This document shows positions 56,708-64,000 of a stretch of DNA of 64,000 bases, piece by piece; the first letter of the stretch is position 1, and each line of letters begins with the position of its first letter. Both the position numbers and the translations under genes were made by a program. This DNA is from Eubacteriales bacterium (GTDB taxonomy: Bacteria > Bacillota > Clostridia > Oscillospirales > UMGS1783), in contig JAZNYQ010000094.1 of NCBI GenBank assembly GCA_045594545.1, positions 2,796-66,795 of the forward strand. The letters run 5' to 3'. Under the pieces are notes generated by a model, which saw only the letters and a program-made list of their open reading frames with translations, had not been told where the DNA came from and searched no databases.

Positions 56708-57652
56708 TTACACCACCTTTATCGCCCATTGATCGCAGACACGACTGCAATACCCGCAGAGCACGCATTTGTCATTCGGAACGGCTTTACCGTTTACGAT
56801 GTCGATACCGTGATTGACGCAACGAGCCGCGCAGGCGCCGCAACCGACACACCAATCGTCGATATGTAGCTGCCGTTTTTTCTGCTGTAGGGCATTTAAA
56901 TTTTTCTCAGAGAAGGCGCCCTGTTCCATAAATTCGATATTGGCATCGATCTCATCGATCGACTGCATCCCGATACATACGCTATGTTTATAGGGAAAAG
57001 AAAAGGCGTATTGCAGACTTTCCTGCGCTGAGGCAAACAAATTACCGCCACCGAGCGGCTTCATGGTATAGATGCCTTTTCCTGCTTCATAGGCCATTTT
57101 CAGCGCCTGCTCCATATCTTCGCGCCTTCCGTCTACAATGCCGAGTCCTGCCCTATTGATCAGGGGATGGATGACATCGATATAATCGGCGTGAGCCGCG
57201 GCACGCACCCCCGCCACATGGTGAGTCGAGATACCAAAAGCACGAATAACGCCCTGTGCTTTCAGCCGCAACAGCTCTTCGATGGCGGGCATATGGCCGC
57301 GCAAGGTGTGTTCACTCTCCTGTTCATGGAGCATGAAGATATCGATCACATCCCGATCGAGCCGTTGTCTGGCCTCTTCCACCGCATCAAAGGCCATCTG
57401 TTTTTCATAGGCATAGGATTTACTGGCGATGATAAGGGGGCTTTTCATCTTCTTTTCGGCGATTTTTATATATTCATAGTTGTCATAGAGTTGGGCGGTA
57501 TCGAGCAGATTGACCCCACGCTCGGCGGCATAGCACAGCACCTCGGCCGCCGCCTCGGGAGGCAGATTAGCCTGCATGGGTGCCATGGTAAGCGATCCAA
57601 ACGCAAGGGTTGACACCTGCATTCCGGTATTACCCAAGGACACATATTTCAT
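56708..57652 (-). CDS. aldo/keto reductase fused to a C-terminal 2x[4Fe-4S] ferredoxin domain
   Basis: MKYVSLGNTGMQVSTLAFG...DTAQLYDNYE is AKR-like. The C-terminus has CVGCGACAARC...CVLCGYCSRVC. Confidence 0.85.
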   Translation of the reverse strand: MKYVSLGNTGMQVSTLAFGSLTMAPMQANLPPEAAAEVLCYAAERGVNLLDTAQLYDNYEYIKIAEKKMKSPLIIASKSYAYEKQMAFDAVEEARQRLDRDVIDIFMLHEQESEHTLRGHMPAIEELLRLKAQGVIRAFGISTHHVAGVRAAAHADYIDVIHPLINRAGLGIVDGRREDMEQALKMAYEAGKGIYTMKPLGGGNLFASAQESLQYAFSFPYKHSVCIGMQSIDEIDANIEFMEQGAFSEKNLNALQQKKRQLHIDDWCVGCGACAARCVNHGIDIVNGKAVPNDKCVLCGYCSRVCDQWAIKVV

Positions 57653-57663
57653 AAAACACCTAT

Positions 57664-57699
57664 ACTAAAAACCTCAAAACCGCATGGTTTTGAGGTTTT
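57664..57699 (-). terminator. rho-independent terminator after ireB
   Basis: A 14-bp stem, AAAACCTCAAAACC (57668-57681) against GGTTTTGAGGTTTT (57686-57699). Confidence 0.75.
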
Positions 57700-57703
57700 A
57701 TGG

Positions 57704-57961
57704 TTATTCGGAAAGATAAGAACGGACTAAGGTATGCAACAATTCGTCCCGATCGATCTTACAGATCAGAGCGCGGGCATTTTTATAGTTGGTGATATAG
57801 GTCGGATCCTCCGAAAGGATGTACCCCACCAGCTGATTGATCGGATTGTATCCTTTTTCTTTTAAGGCATCGTACACCTCGGTAACAATGCGTTTCATTT
57901 CCTTTTCCTGTTCATCGCGAACCGAGAAGGTTATGGTTCCATCATGCAGCACTTGGCTCAT
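57704..57961 (-). CDS. ireB: IreB-family (UPF0297/YrzL) regulatory phosphoprotein
   Basis: [47 protein letters not shown]. Confidence 0.85.
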   Translation of the reverse strand: MSQVLHDGTITFSVRDEQEKEMKRIVTEVYDALKEKGYNPINQLVGYILSEDPTYITNYKNARALICKIDRDELLHTLVRSYLSE

Positions 57962-57990
57962 CCCCTTTTCATATTTTTTCTATACACTAT

Positions 57991-58019
57991 ATCATATACC
58001 AATTTTGTCCGTTTTTCAA
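57991..58019 (-). promoter_or_regulatory. promoter of ireB
   Basis: On the minus strand: TTGAAA (58019-58014), 17 nt, TATGAT (57996-57991). Confidence 0.55.
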
Positions 58020-58036
58020 TACGCAATGCAAATTTT

Positions 58037-60409
58037 TTATATTTTTAATGCAATTCCGGCCGCAGTAAACCGTGCAGTCAGCCCATCGATCTGCTCCTGC
58101 ACCTCTTGACCGGACAAGGTGCGGTCAAAGGCGCCGAAGGTAAAGCGCACCGTCATACTTCTCTTGTCACCCAAGGAGGCATCACGATACTCGTCAACCG
58201 GACGGTAACCAAGCAATAGCGGGCACTTTTCGGCATCGACAATGGCCATAATCTCAGCATAAGGCTGATCCTTGCCGACAAGCAGCGACAAGTCATACTC
58301 GACACCGGGGAATTTCGAGGGTTCGTTATAAGACACAGCGGCGCCCGCATAGTCCGAGAAAAGATCCATATCGATCTCGGCGCAGATGATGGCAGCCTTC
58401 TTATCGATCTTATCCACAACGCTCGGGTGAACCACGCTGACGAAGCCAATCTTTTTACCGTCCAGATACACCCCTGCCGTATTAACCGGATGTTGCCACG
58501 GCTTCTCGGCCGTTTCATTCACGACTGTGAGAGCTTCATTCTTAAGAACGGTACCGATGGTGCGAAGCAGATCCACTACTCCAAGGTAGGCATCTTTTTC
58601 GCTATTAACCTTATCAAAGACAACAATACCTAATTTCTTACGCTCGTTGCATTGACCATCCTCTTTCAGTCCCTCTACGACACGAGCAATCTCGAAGATG
58701 CCGAACCGATCGGCGAAACGGCGATTGTCCTGAATCATGGAAAGCAGAGTCGGAGTCATATTGCGGCGCAAAATCGTCCAGTCGGTCGACATGGAGTTGA
58801 TGATCTTGACATTATCCTCTACTTCAATGCCGATCTGAGCCAATTTACGGCTATCGCTCCACAGATAGGAATGCACTTCATGGAAACCATAGCGATCGGC
58901 CAGCAATGTTTTTACGCCGAAATCGTCACGACGGTTAGTCGTTTCGGGAATGGGATAGAGAACATTCTCCGAGGGGCGGACATCAAAGTTATCATAGCCG
59001 TAGATACGAGTAATTTCCTCAATAATGTCGGCCTTAATGGTAACGTCCTTGGTGCGGCGCCAAGACGGGACATCGACATGGAAGGCATCCCCGTTTCTTT
59101 CCAACCCAAAACCGAGCGCTGTCAAGGTTTTCTCGATGCGCTCAACCGAAATATCAATACCGGTATAGCGATCGACAAATGCCTTATCGAAATCAATGGC
59201 GATCTCAGGGAAAGCATAGGTGCGCACGTCGCTGATGCACGACTCAAACGTAACATTCGGGTCAAATTCCTGCAACAGATTCAGATAGCGCAGAGCGGCC
59301 GTCATGGTCAGTTCCGGATCGAGCATCTTCTCATAGCGCATACTGGCATCGGTACGAAGACCGATACGGACGGTGGATTTACGGGTGGTGATGCCGTCGA
59401 AGTTAGCCGATTCCAGAAGCAAACTCGTGGTGGTATCTTCAATTTCGGAATTCAGACCGCCCATAATGCCGGCAATGGCCATGGGTTTATCATCCGAGCA
59501 GATCATCAACGTTTCGCTGTCGATCTTACGCTCCACGCCATCCAATGTAGTAAAGGTAAACTCGTCAGCAAAGCGGCGCACATTGACCTTTTGCACGATC
59601 GAGTAATCAAAAGCATGCATGGGCTGGCCCAGTTCGAGCATGATATAGTTCGTCAAATCGGCCAAGAAATTGATCGCACGCAGACCGCAATAGAACAGAC
59701 GGATCCGCATATTCATCGGCGAGACCTTACGGGTAATGCCGGTTACGATGGCAGAAGTATAGCGATAGCAACGCTCGTCCTCGATCTTAACGTCCACTTC
59801 GGGCAGATCTTCAATGCTCTTGGCATCAAAAACGGGCACGGGGCGCAAGGAGCGGTCGGCAATTGCGGCAAATTCACGGGCAATGCCGTAATGTCCCCAC
59901 AGGTCGGGGCGGTTGGTGAGCGACTTATTATCAACCTCAAAGACGATATCGTCAATCGCGAACAATTCCTTGACATCGACACCCAGCGGGGTATCGGCGT
60001 CCAGTTCCATAATGCCGTCATGATTGGCCGAGATGCCCAATTCTTTTTCCGAGCAGCACATACCGCAGGATTCAAAGCCTGCAATCTTAGTTTTTACAAT
60101 ATCCATACCGCCGGCCTTGCCGCCCTCGGTAGCAAAAGCGACGATCATGCCCTCACGGACATTGGGCGCTCCGCACACGCAATCGACGATCGACTTACCG
60201 GTATTGACCTTAAGCAGGTGCAACTTCTTGGAGTTGGGATGATTTTCAATGCTCTCGATGCGGGCGGAAACCACACCCTGCACATCGGCACCCATGACAA
60301 AGATATCCTCCACCTCAGCGGTGGCAAGGGTAAAGCGTTTGATCAGCACCGTTTTATCCAAGCCCGACAGATCAACAAAGTCTTCGATCCAATTCATAGA
60401 AATTAACAT
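58037..60409 (-). CDS. pheT: phenylalanine--tRNA ligase beta subunit
   Basis: MLISMNWIEDFVDL..., tRNA-binding, B3/4, B5 and FDX-ACB domain order, 790 aa. Confidence 0.96.
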   Translation of the reverse strand: MLISMNWIEDFVDLSGLDKTVLIKRFTLATAEVEDIFVMGADVQGVVSARIESIENHPNSKKLHLLKVNTGKSIVDCVCGAPNVREGMIVAFATEGGKAGGMDIVKTKIAGFESCGMCCSEKELGISANHDGIMELDADTPLGVDVKELFAIDDIVFEVDNKSLTNRPDLWGHYGIAREFAAIADRSLRPVPVFDAKSIEDLPEVDVKIEDERCYRYTSAIVTGITRKVSPMNMRIRLFYCGLRAINFLADLTNYIMLELGQPMHAFDYSIVQKVNVRRFADEFTFTTLDGVERKIDSETLMICSDDKPMAIAGIMGGLNSEIEDTTTSLLLESANFDGITTRKSTVRIGLRTDASMRYEKMLDPELTMTAALRYLNLLQEFDPNVTFESCISDVRTYAFPEIAIDFDKAFVDRYTGIDISVERIEKTLTALGFGLERNGDAFHVDVPSWRRTKDVTIKADIIEEITRIYGYDNFDVRPSENVLYPIPETTNRRDDFGVKTLLADRYGFHEVHSYLWSDSRKLAQIGIEVEDNVKIINSMSTDWTILRRNMTPTLLSMIQDNRRFADRFGIFEIARVVEGLKEDGQCNERKKLGIVVFDKVNSEKDAYLGVVDLLRTIGTVLKNEALTVVNETAEKPWQHPVNTAGVYLDGKKIGFVSVVHPSVVDKIDKKAAIICAEIDMDLFSDYAGAAVSYNEPSKFPGVEYDLSLLVGKDQPYAEIMAIVDAEKCPLLLGYRPVDEYRDASLGDKRSMTVRFTFGAFDRTLSGQEVQEQIDGLTARFTAAGIALKI

Positions 60410-60424
60410 ATTTTTACCCCTCCC

Positions 60425-61453
60425 TTACCGAGATGTGAACTGCGACAACGACTTAAGATTGCCGGAGTTGAGCATACGAATATCTTTAATGCCGTATTTC
60501 ATCATAGCCAATCGGGTCAATCCCAGACCGAAAGCAAAGCCCGAATATTCATCGGGGTCGATACCGCCGGCCTTTAGCACATTAGGATGGATCATGCCGC
60601 AGGGGCACAGCTCCAGCCAGCCAGAATGTTTGCAAGTCGGACAGCCTTCGCCGCCACAGATCAAACAGTTGACATCCAATTCAAAACCGGGTTCTACAAA
60701 GGGGAAGAAACCGGGGCGCAGCCGCACCTTAACATCTCTCTTGAATACCTCGGAGAGCATGGTTTTCATGAAATAGATCAGATTAGAAATGGAGATGTTC
60801 TTATCGATCATAATACCTTCCAACTGGAAAAAGGTATTTTCGTGGCAGGCATCGGTAGCCTCGTTACGAAAACAACGGCTGGGGAATACCGAGCGCAGGG
60901 GTGCGCCGTATTTCTTCATAATGGCGTTCTGGGCGGCCGAGGTATGGGTCTTCAATAACTGACCGTTGGAGAGGAAATAGGTATCCTGCATATCGCGGGC
61001 AGGATGGTGTTTGGGAATGTTGAGAGCCTCGAAATTCTGATAATCATCGACGATCTCAAAATAATCCTCCACCGTAAAGCCCATACTGCGGAAGACCTCT
61101 TCCACCTCACGGGCGACGGTAGTAATGGGATGGAGCGAGCCGAAAATTTCTTTGCCGGGCATAGAAACGTCATATCGCTCGGCACTCTGAATACGGGCAT
61201 TCATGGCCGCTTCTTCCAGTTCTTTCTTCTTGGCTGTCAGTGCCAGATCGATCTCCTGCTTAAGCTCATTGATCTGCCGACCGACTTCCTTGCGCTGAGA
61301 CTCCTCGACCGAGCGCAGGTTTTTCATCTGCTCGGTGATCATTCCTTTTTTGCCGAGCATGGCAACACGCAATTCTTCCAGCGCAACCGCATTGTCTGCT
61401 TGCTGTAATTTCTCCTCAAACAAGGCACGGATGCTGTTTGTATCTACACTCAT
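60425..61453 (-). CDS. pheS: phenylalanine--tRNA ligase alpha subunit
   Basis: HPARDMQDTYF, FRNEATDACHENTFFQLEG and GFAFGLGLTRLAM are class II motifs 1 to 3. Confidence 0.96.
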   Translation of the reverse strand: MSVDTNSIRALFEEKLQQADNAVALEELRVAMLGKKGMITEQMKNLRSVEESQRKEVGRQINELKQEIDLALTAKKKELEEAAMNARIQSAERYDVSMPGKEIFGSLHPITTVAREVEEVFRSMGFTVEDYFEIVDDYQNFEALNIPKHHPARDMQDTYFLSNGQLLKTHTSAAQNAIMKKYGAPLRSVFPSRCFRNEATDACHENTFFQLEGIMIDKNISISNLIYFMKTMLSEVFKRDVKVRLRPGFFPFVEPGFELDVNCLICGGEGCPTCKHSGWLELCPCGMIHPNVLKAGGIDPDEYSGFAFGLGLTRLAMMKYGIKDIRMLNSGNLKSLSQFTSR

Positions 61454-61465
61454 AATATCCTCCTA

Positions 61466-61711
61466 AAATAAAAAAACGCCCCGAAAAACGGGACGACAAA
61501 TATCGCGGTACCACCCGAGTTCCCGCCCTTACGGACAGGCTCTTGACACATCTTTAACGCAGACGATACGGATACGACTACCAAGCCCTCGGCTCTTCCC
61601 CGCTCCCCTCCAAAATGAACTTCTCGGCACCCTCGGACAAGCAACGCTTTCAGCCCATGACGTTGCATCTCTGCCGCCGAACGGCGCCAATACTCTTTTT
61701 TTCACAGGGTT
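61466..61711 (-). promoter_or_regulatory. T-box riboswitch leader, Phe (UUC) specifier, controlling pheST
   Basis: On the minus strand the specifier loop is GAGAAGUUCAUUU, with UUC at 61619-61617 followed by a purine. The T-box motif is AACUCGGGUGGUACCGCG (61521-61504). The terminator CGUCCCG-UUUUU-CGGGGCG plus a U7 run (61495-61470) lies immediately before the RBS. Confidence 0.9.
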
Positions 61712-61717
61712 TATCCT

Positions 61718-61746
61718 ATCATACCAAACTTTTGGGTAAAATGCAA
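61718..61746 (-). promoter_or_regulatory. promoter of the pheST T-box leader
   Basis: On the minus strand: TTGCAT (61746-61741), 17 nt, TATGAT (61723-61718). Confidence 0.6.
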
Positions 61747-61768
61747 GGGAAAATCGAAATTTATATCC

Positions 61769-61797
61769 TTTACAAGCGCAAGAAATTATGGTAAAAT
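61769..61797 (+). promoter_or_regulatory. promoter of the two small unknown genes
   Basis: TTTACA (61769-61774), 17 nt, TAAAAT (61792-61797). Confidence 0.55.
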
Positions 61798-61823
61798 ATA
61801 TGGAAGATTGGAGGTCATGAAAA

Positions 61824-62114
61824 ATGGCAAACGAAAAACCCGCTTATCTTACCTATAAAGGCAAGCCTTTGGTACGTGAGGGCAATATGCTCTATTACGG
61901 CCAGCCCGATGACAAATATATCCTCATGCTTCAGATCAAGAACACCGAGGCGTTGGATGACCTGAAGATTCCGACCAAGGTTACCTTAATGCTGATGTCT
62001 ACCGATCCGAGCGTTCCGCTTCAGGAAAAGATCATCAAGCGTGCCGATAAAGACGGCATTTATGCTGCTTTGGATGTCGGCATGATCTGGCTGGATCGTG
62101 CGCTGAAAAAATAA
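61824..62114 (+). CDS. hypothetical small soluble protein (96 aa)
   Basis: GGAGG lies 9 nt upstream. It has its own promoter and shares a terminator with the next gene. I recognise no family. Confidence 0.6.
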   Translation: MANEKPAYLTYKGKPLVREGNMLYYGQPDDKYILMLQIKNTEALDDLKIPTKVTLMLMSTDPSVPLQEKIIKRADKDGIYAALDVGMIWLDRALKK

Positions 62115-62117
62115 GGC

Positions 62118-62510
62118 ATGGAAAAGCAGTCATTCTTCAAAACGACGGCAGGAAAATGGATGGCCGTACTTCTTATCCTGCTCGTACTGGCCGGTGCCGT
62201 TTTCGGCATTGTCAAATTGCTGGACAAGGGTGAAAACGTTCTCAAAGGCAGTTGGCAATACTACGCCAAGATCACCTCATCGGGGGATATTGACAGCGTG
62301 TTCCATTTTGCCGAGGACGGGGCTTTTTACCTGCAAAGCATCCATGCTACCAACTACGGCACATACAAAATACTCGATGGCGGTAATGAGGGCTCCTTCA
62401 TCACCAATATCATGGGCGATGAGATCATGTATGACTATGTTCTGCAAGACGACCTGCTCATTATCAGCACATTAGAAGGATATCGCATGGAATTGCATCG
62501 GATCAACTAA
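62118..62510 (+). CDS. hypothetical N-terminally membrane-anchored protein (130 aa)
   Basis: TM segment WMAVLLILLVLAGAVFGIV. It starts 3 nt after the previous stop. I recognise no family. Confidence 0.6.
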   Translation: MEKQSFFKTTAGKWMAVLLILLVLAGAVFGIVKLLDKGENVLKGSWQYYAKITSSGDIDSVFHFAEDGAFYLQSIHATNYGTYKILDGGNEGSFITNIMGDEIMYDYVLQDDLLIISTLEGYRMELHRIN

Positions 62511-62537
62511 AAAAAGGCTGCACAAGCAGCCTTTTTT
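62509..62537. terminator. bidirectional terminator
   Basis: AAAAAAGGCTGC-ACAA-GCAGCCTTTTTT. Confidence 0.75.
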
Positions 62538-62538
62538 C

Positions 62539-63714
62539 TTATCCTTTTATTCGCCGCACCGTTTTGATGGCCTTCACAGGGCACATCTCCTGACAACAGA
62601 AACAGGAAATACAAGCATGCAGATCGATCGATGCCTTTTTATCAGTAATGACGATGGTATGCTGAGGACAGCTCTCGGCACACTTACCGCAACCGATACA
62701 GGTTCTTTTCTTAATCTTCGGCTGAGCGACCAGTGCCCGATCCAAAAAAGAGCGTATAGGGGCACGAAGGGATTTAGGAAAAATACTGACAAAATCTACA
62801 CTGACCGATTTCGGCAATACAAAGCCGTGTTCGGGGCGCGTCCACGCCCCCACAATCTCGCTTTCTTCCATCAGCCCACAGGCAGCTACCAGCATCGGTA
62901 CATGAGAAGCACCCACCTGCAGGATCTCATCGGCACAGAAGCGATCTAAACTATAGATATTGCGAGAAGCTATGGTCAACCCCGGATGGCAGATCTCGCC
63001 GCCGGCCGGACCGTCTCCCTCCATGGCATCCACCGCATCGATGATGGTGTAGGTAGGCGCCACGACCTGCGACAGTTCCACCAACATGGCGGCAAAGGAT
63101 TCGGGGTCGGGGTTTAGGCAATGCAGTTCGGGCTTTTGCAGTCCCGGAACAACACCAAACAAATTCTTGACCGCGCCGGACATGACCGTCATGCTATGAG
63201 TCTTTAATTTAGGAAGATTGATAATAATATCCGCCTCAAGAACGGGCGTTATTATGTTAAAGGCACGAAAACCCTCTTTATGTACTCTCTCATAAGAGCA
63301 GTTCTCATTAAGGGTATATCCTTTCCCCGTCATGCCGCAAGCGGCATAGATGGCACGCATCATGGCGGGCGTATACAGCCCACCCGAACTGTCGGCCAGG
63401 GTAATATCGGTAATGCCTTTGTTATGCAGATAGCGCACCACGGCATCTACTACATGCGGATGAGTGGTAATCCCCTTGGCGGGAGAAGCCCCCCGTAGGA
63501 GATTAGGCTTAATAAGCACCTTTTTATTCGGCGTCAGTTCCTCGTCACCCATGGCGTGAAAATGGGCCCAAACTGCACGGTCAAGCGAATCGGCATCGTA
63601 GGATGTATGAATACAGGATATACGGTTCAGAAGAATCACCTCGCCGCTCAGTATATCATATTCCCTTTCAGAAATCAAACCCCTCCCGCATTTTTTCGAT
63701 AGCACGCTTTTCAA
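62539..63714 (-). CDS. DUF362-domain protein with a C-terminal 2x[4Fe-4S] ferredoxin domain
   Basis: KKVLIKPNLL...TDITLADSSG is the DUF362 pattern. The C-terminus has CIGCGKCAESCP...CISCFCCQEMCP. The start is uncertain. The ORF-track start is TTG at 63714, which overlaps sigK by 47 nt. GTG at 63639 is an alternative. Confidence 0.8.
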   Translation of the reverse strand: MKSVLSKKCGRGLISEREYDILSGEVILLNRISCIHTSYDADSLDRAVWAHFHAMGDEELTPNKKVLIKPNLLRGASPAKGITTHPHVVDAVVRYLHNKGITDITLADSSGGLYTPAMMRAIYAACGMTGKGYTLNENCSYERVHKEGFRAFNIITPVLEADIIINLPKLKTHSMTVMSGAVKNLFGVVPGLQKPELHCLNPDPESFAAMLVELSQVVAPTYTIIDAVDAMEGDGPAGGEICHPGLTIASRNIYSLDRFCADEILQVGASHVPMLVAACGLMEESEIVGAWTRPEHGFVLPKSVSVDFVSIFPKSLRAPIRSFLDRALVAQPKIKKRTCIGCGKCAESCPQHTIVITDKKASIDLHACISCFCCQEMCPVKAIKTVRRIKG

Positions 63715-64000
63715 TGCGGGAGATATAGGAACGGGAGATGCCTAGAATTTTGGCAGTTTCTTGCTGAGAGCGAGGCGGTTTATTATCCAAGCCGTAACGC
63801 AACAGCAATACCTTTTGTTCCCGTTCATCCAAACCTCGCAAAAGGGTCATCATTCTCTCAATATTGATCTTTTTTTCCAGATTTTCCGCAATATTATCTT
63901 CCCCCACAATGATATCGACCAAGGTCAGTTCATTCCCTTCTTTGTCGGTGTCAATCACATCATTGATCGATTTGTCGCCGGCACTTTTCTTTTGGGAGCG
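63668..64000 (-). CDS. sigK: sporulation sigma factor, SigK-like (C-terminal part; gene continues past window end)
   Basis: The frame is open to the window edge. The sequence ...DKSINDVIDTDKEGNELTLVDII...LDEREQKVLLLRYGL...QQETAKILGISRSYISRIEKRAIEKM matches the SigK DKEGNE(I/L)(S/T)L(I/V)D segment and region 4.2. Confidence 0.75.
   Translation of the reverse strand, partial: RSQKKSAGDKSINDVIDTDKEGNELTLVDIIVGEDNIAENLEKKINIERMMTLLRGLDEREQKVLLLRYGLDNKPPRSQQETAKILGISRSYISRIEKRAIEKMREGFDF

Noticed and set aside
58652-60406. 584-aa plus-strand ORF antisense to pheT
   Set aside because: It is codon-aligned with pheT (2 mod 3). This is a shadow ORF.
61812-61826. Alternative start ATGAAAAATGG two nt after the GGAGG for the 96-aa gene
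   Set aside because: It is out of frame with the long ORF and terminates after a few codons. Its spacing to the RBS is too short.

Overview
64-kb chromosomal window that looks like a spore-forming Firmicute of the class Clostridia. Evidence: a sigK-like sigma factor at the right edge, SpoVB/YabM-MazG-HU-YabO synteny, CIRCE-groESL, a T-box pheST leader and a type-A RNase P RNA. I support about 62 protein genes, roughly 80 percent on the minus strand and tightly packed, with many 4-nt ATGA overlaps. Almost all are core or housekeeping genes: groESL, clpXP, tig, sigA, dnaG, pheST, alr, murD, peptidases, HU and two ABC exporters. I saw no CRISPR array, tRNA or rRNA gene, transposase, integrase or phage gene, so this is not an obvious accessory or defence island. 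Five things deserve a second look. (1) A 10-gene electron-bifurcating HydABC [FeFe]-hydrogenase operon (17255-25488) has a six-gene cassette inserted between hydC and hydB-hydA: two DRTGG proteins, two HATPase-like proteins, a PHP phosphoesterase and a probably non-catalytic HydA paralog. It is preceded by an unusual leader. (2) A four-gene extracytoplasmic O-acylation module, SGNH-DUF4358-MBOAT-DHHW (47215-50960), has no identifiable substrate. (3) A MazF/EndoA toxin gene lies downstream of alr with no room for the usual antitoxin gene. (4) A Crp/Fnr regulator is divergent from desulfoferrodoxin, with a palindrome positioned like a class II activator site. (5) An AraC-controlled pair of GH36-like glycosidases includes a 1235-aa secreted form. 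All function calls come from reading the supplied translations and the DNA by eye. No database search was run.
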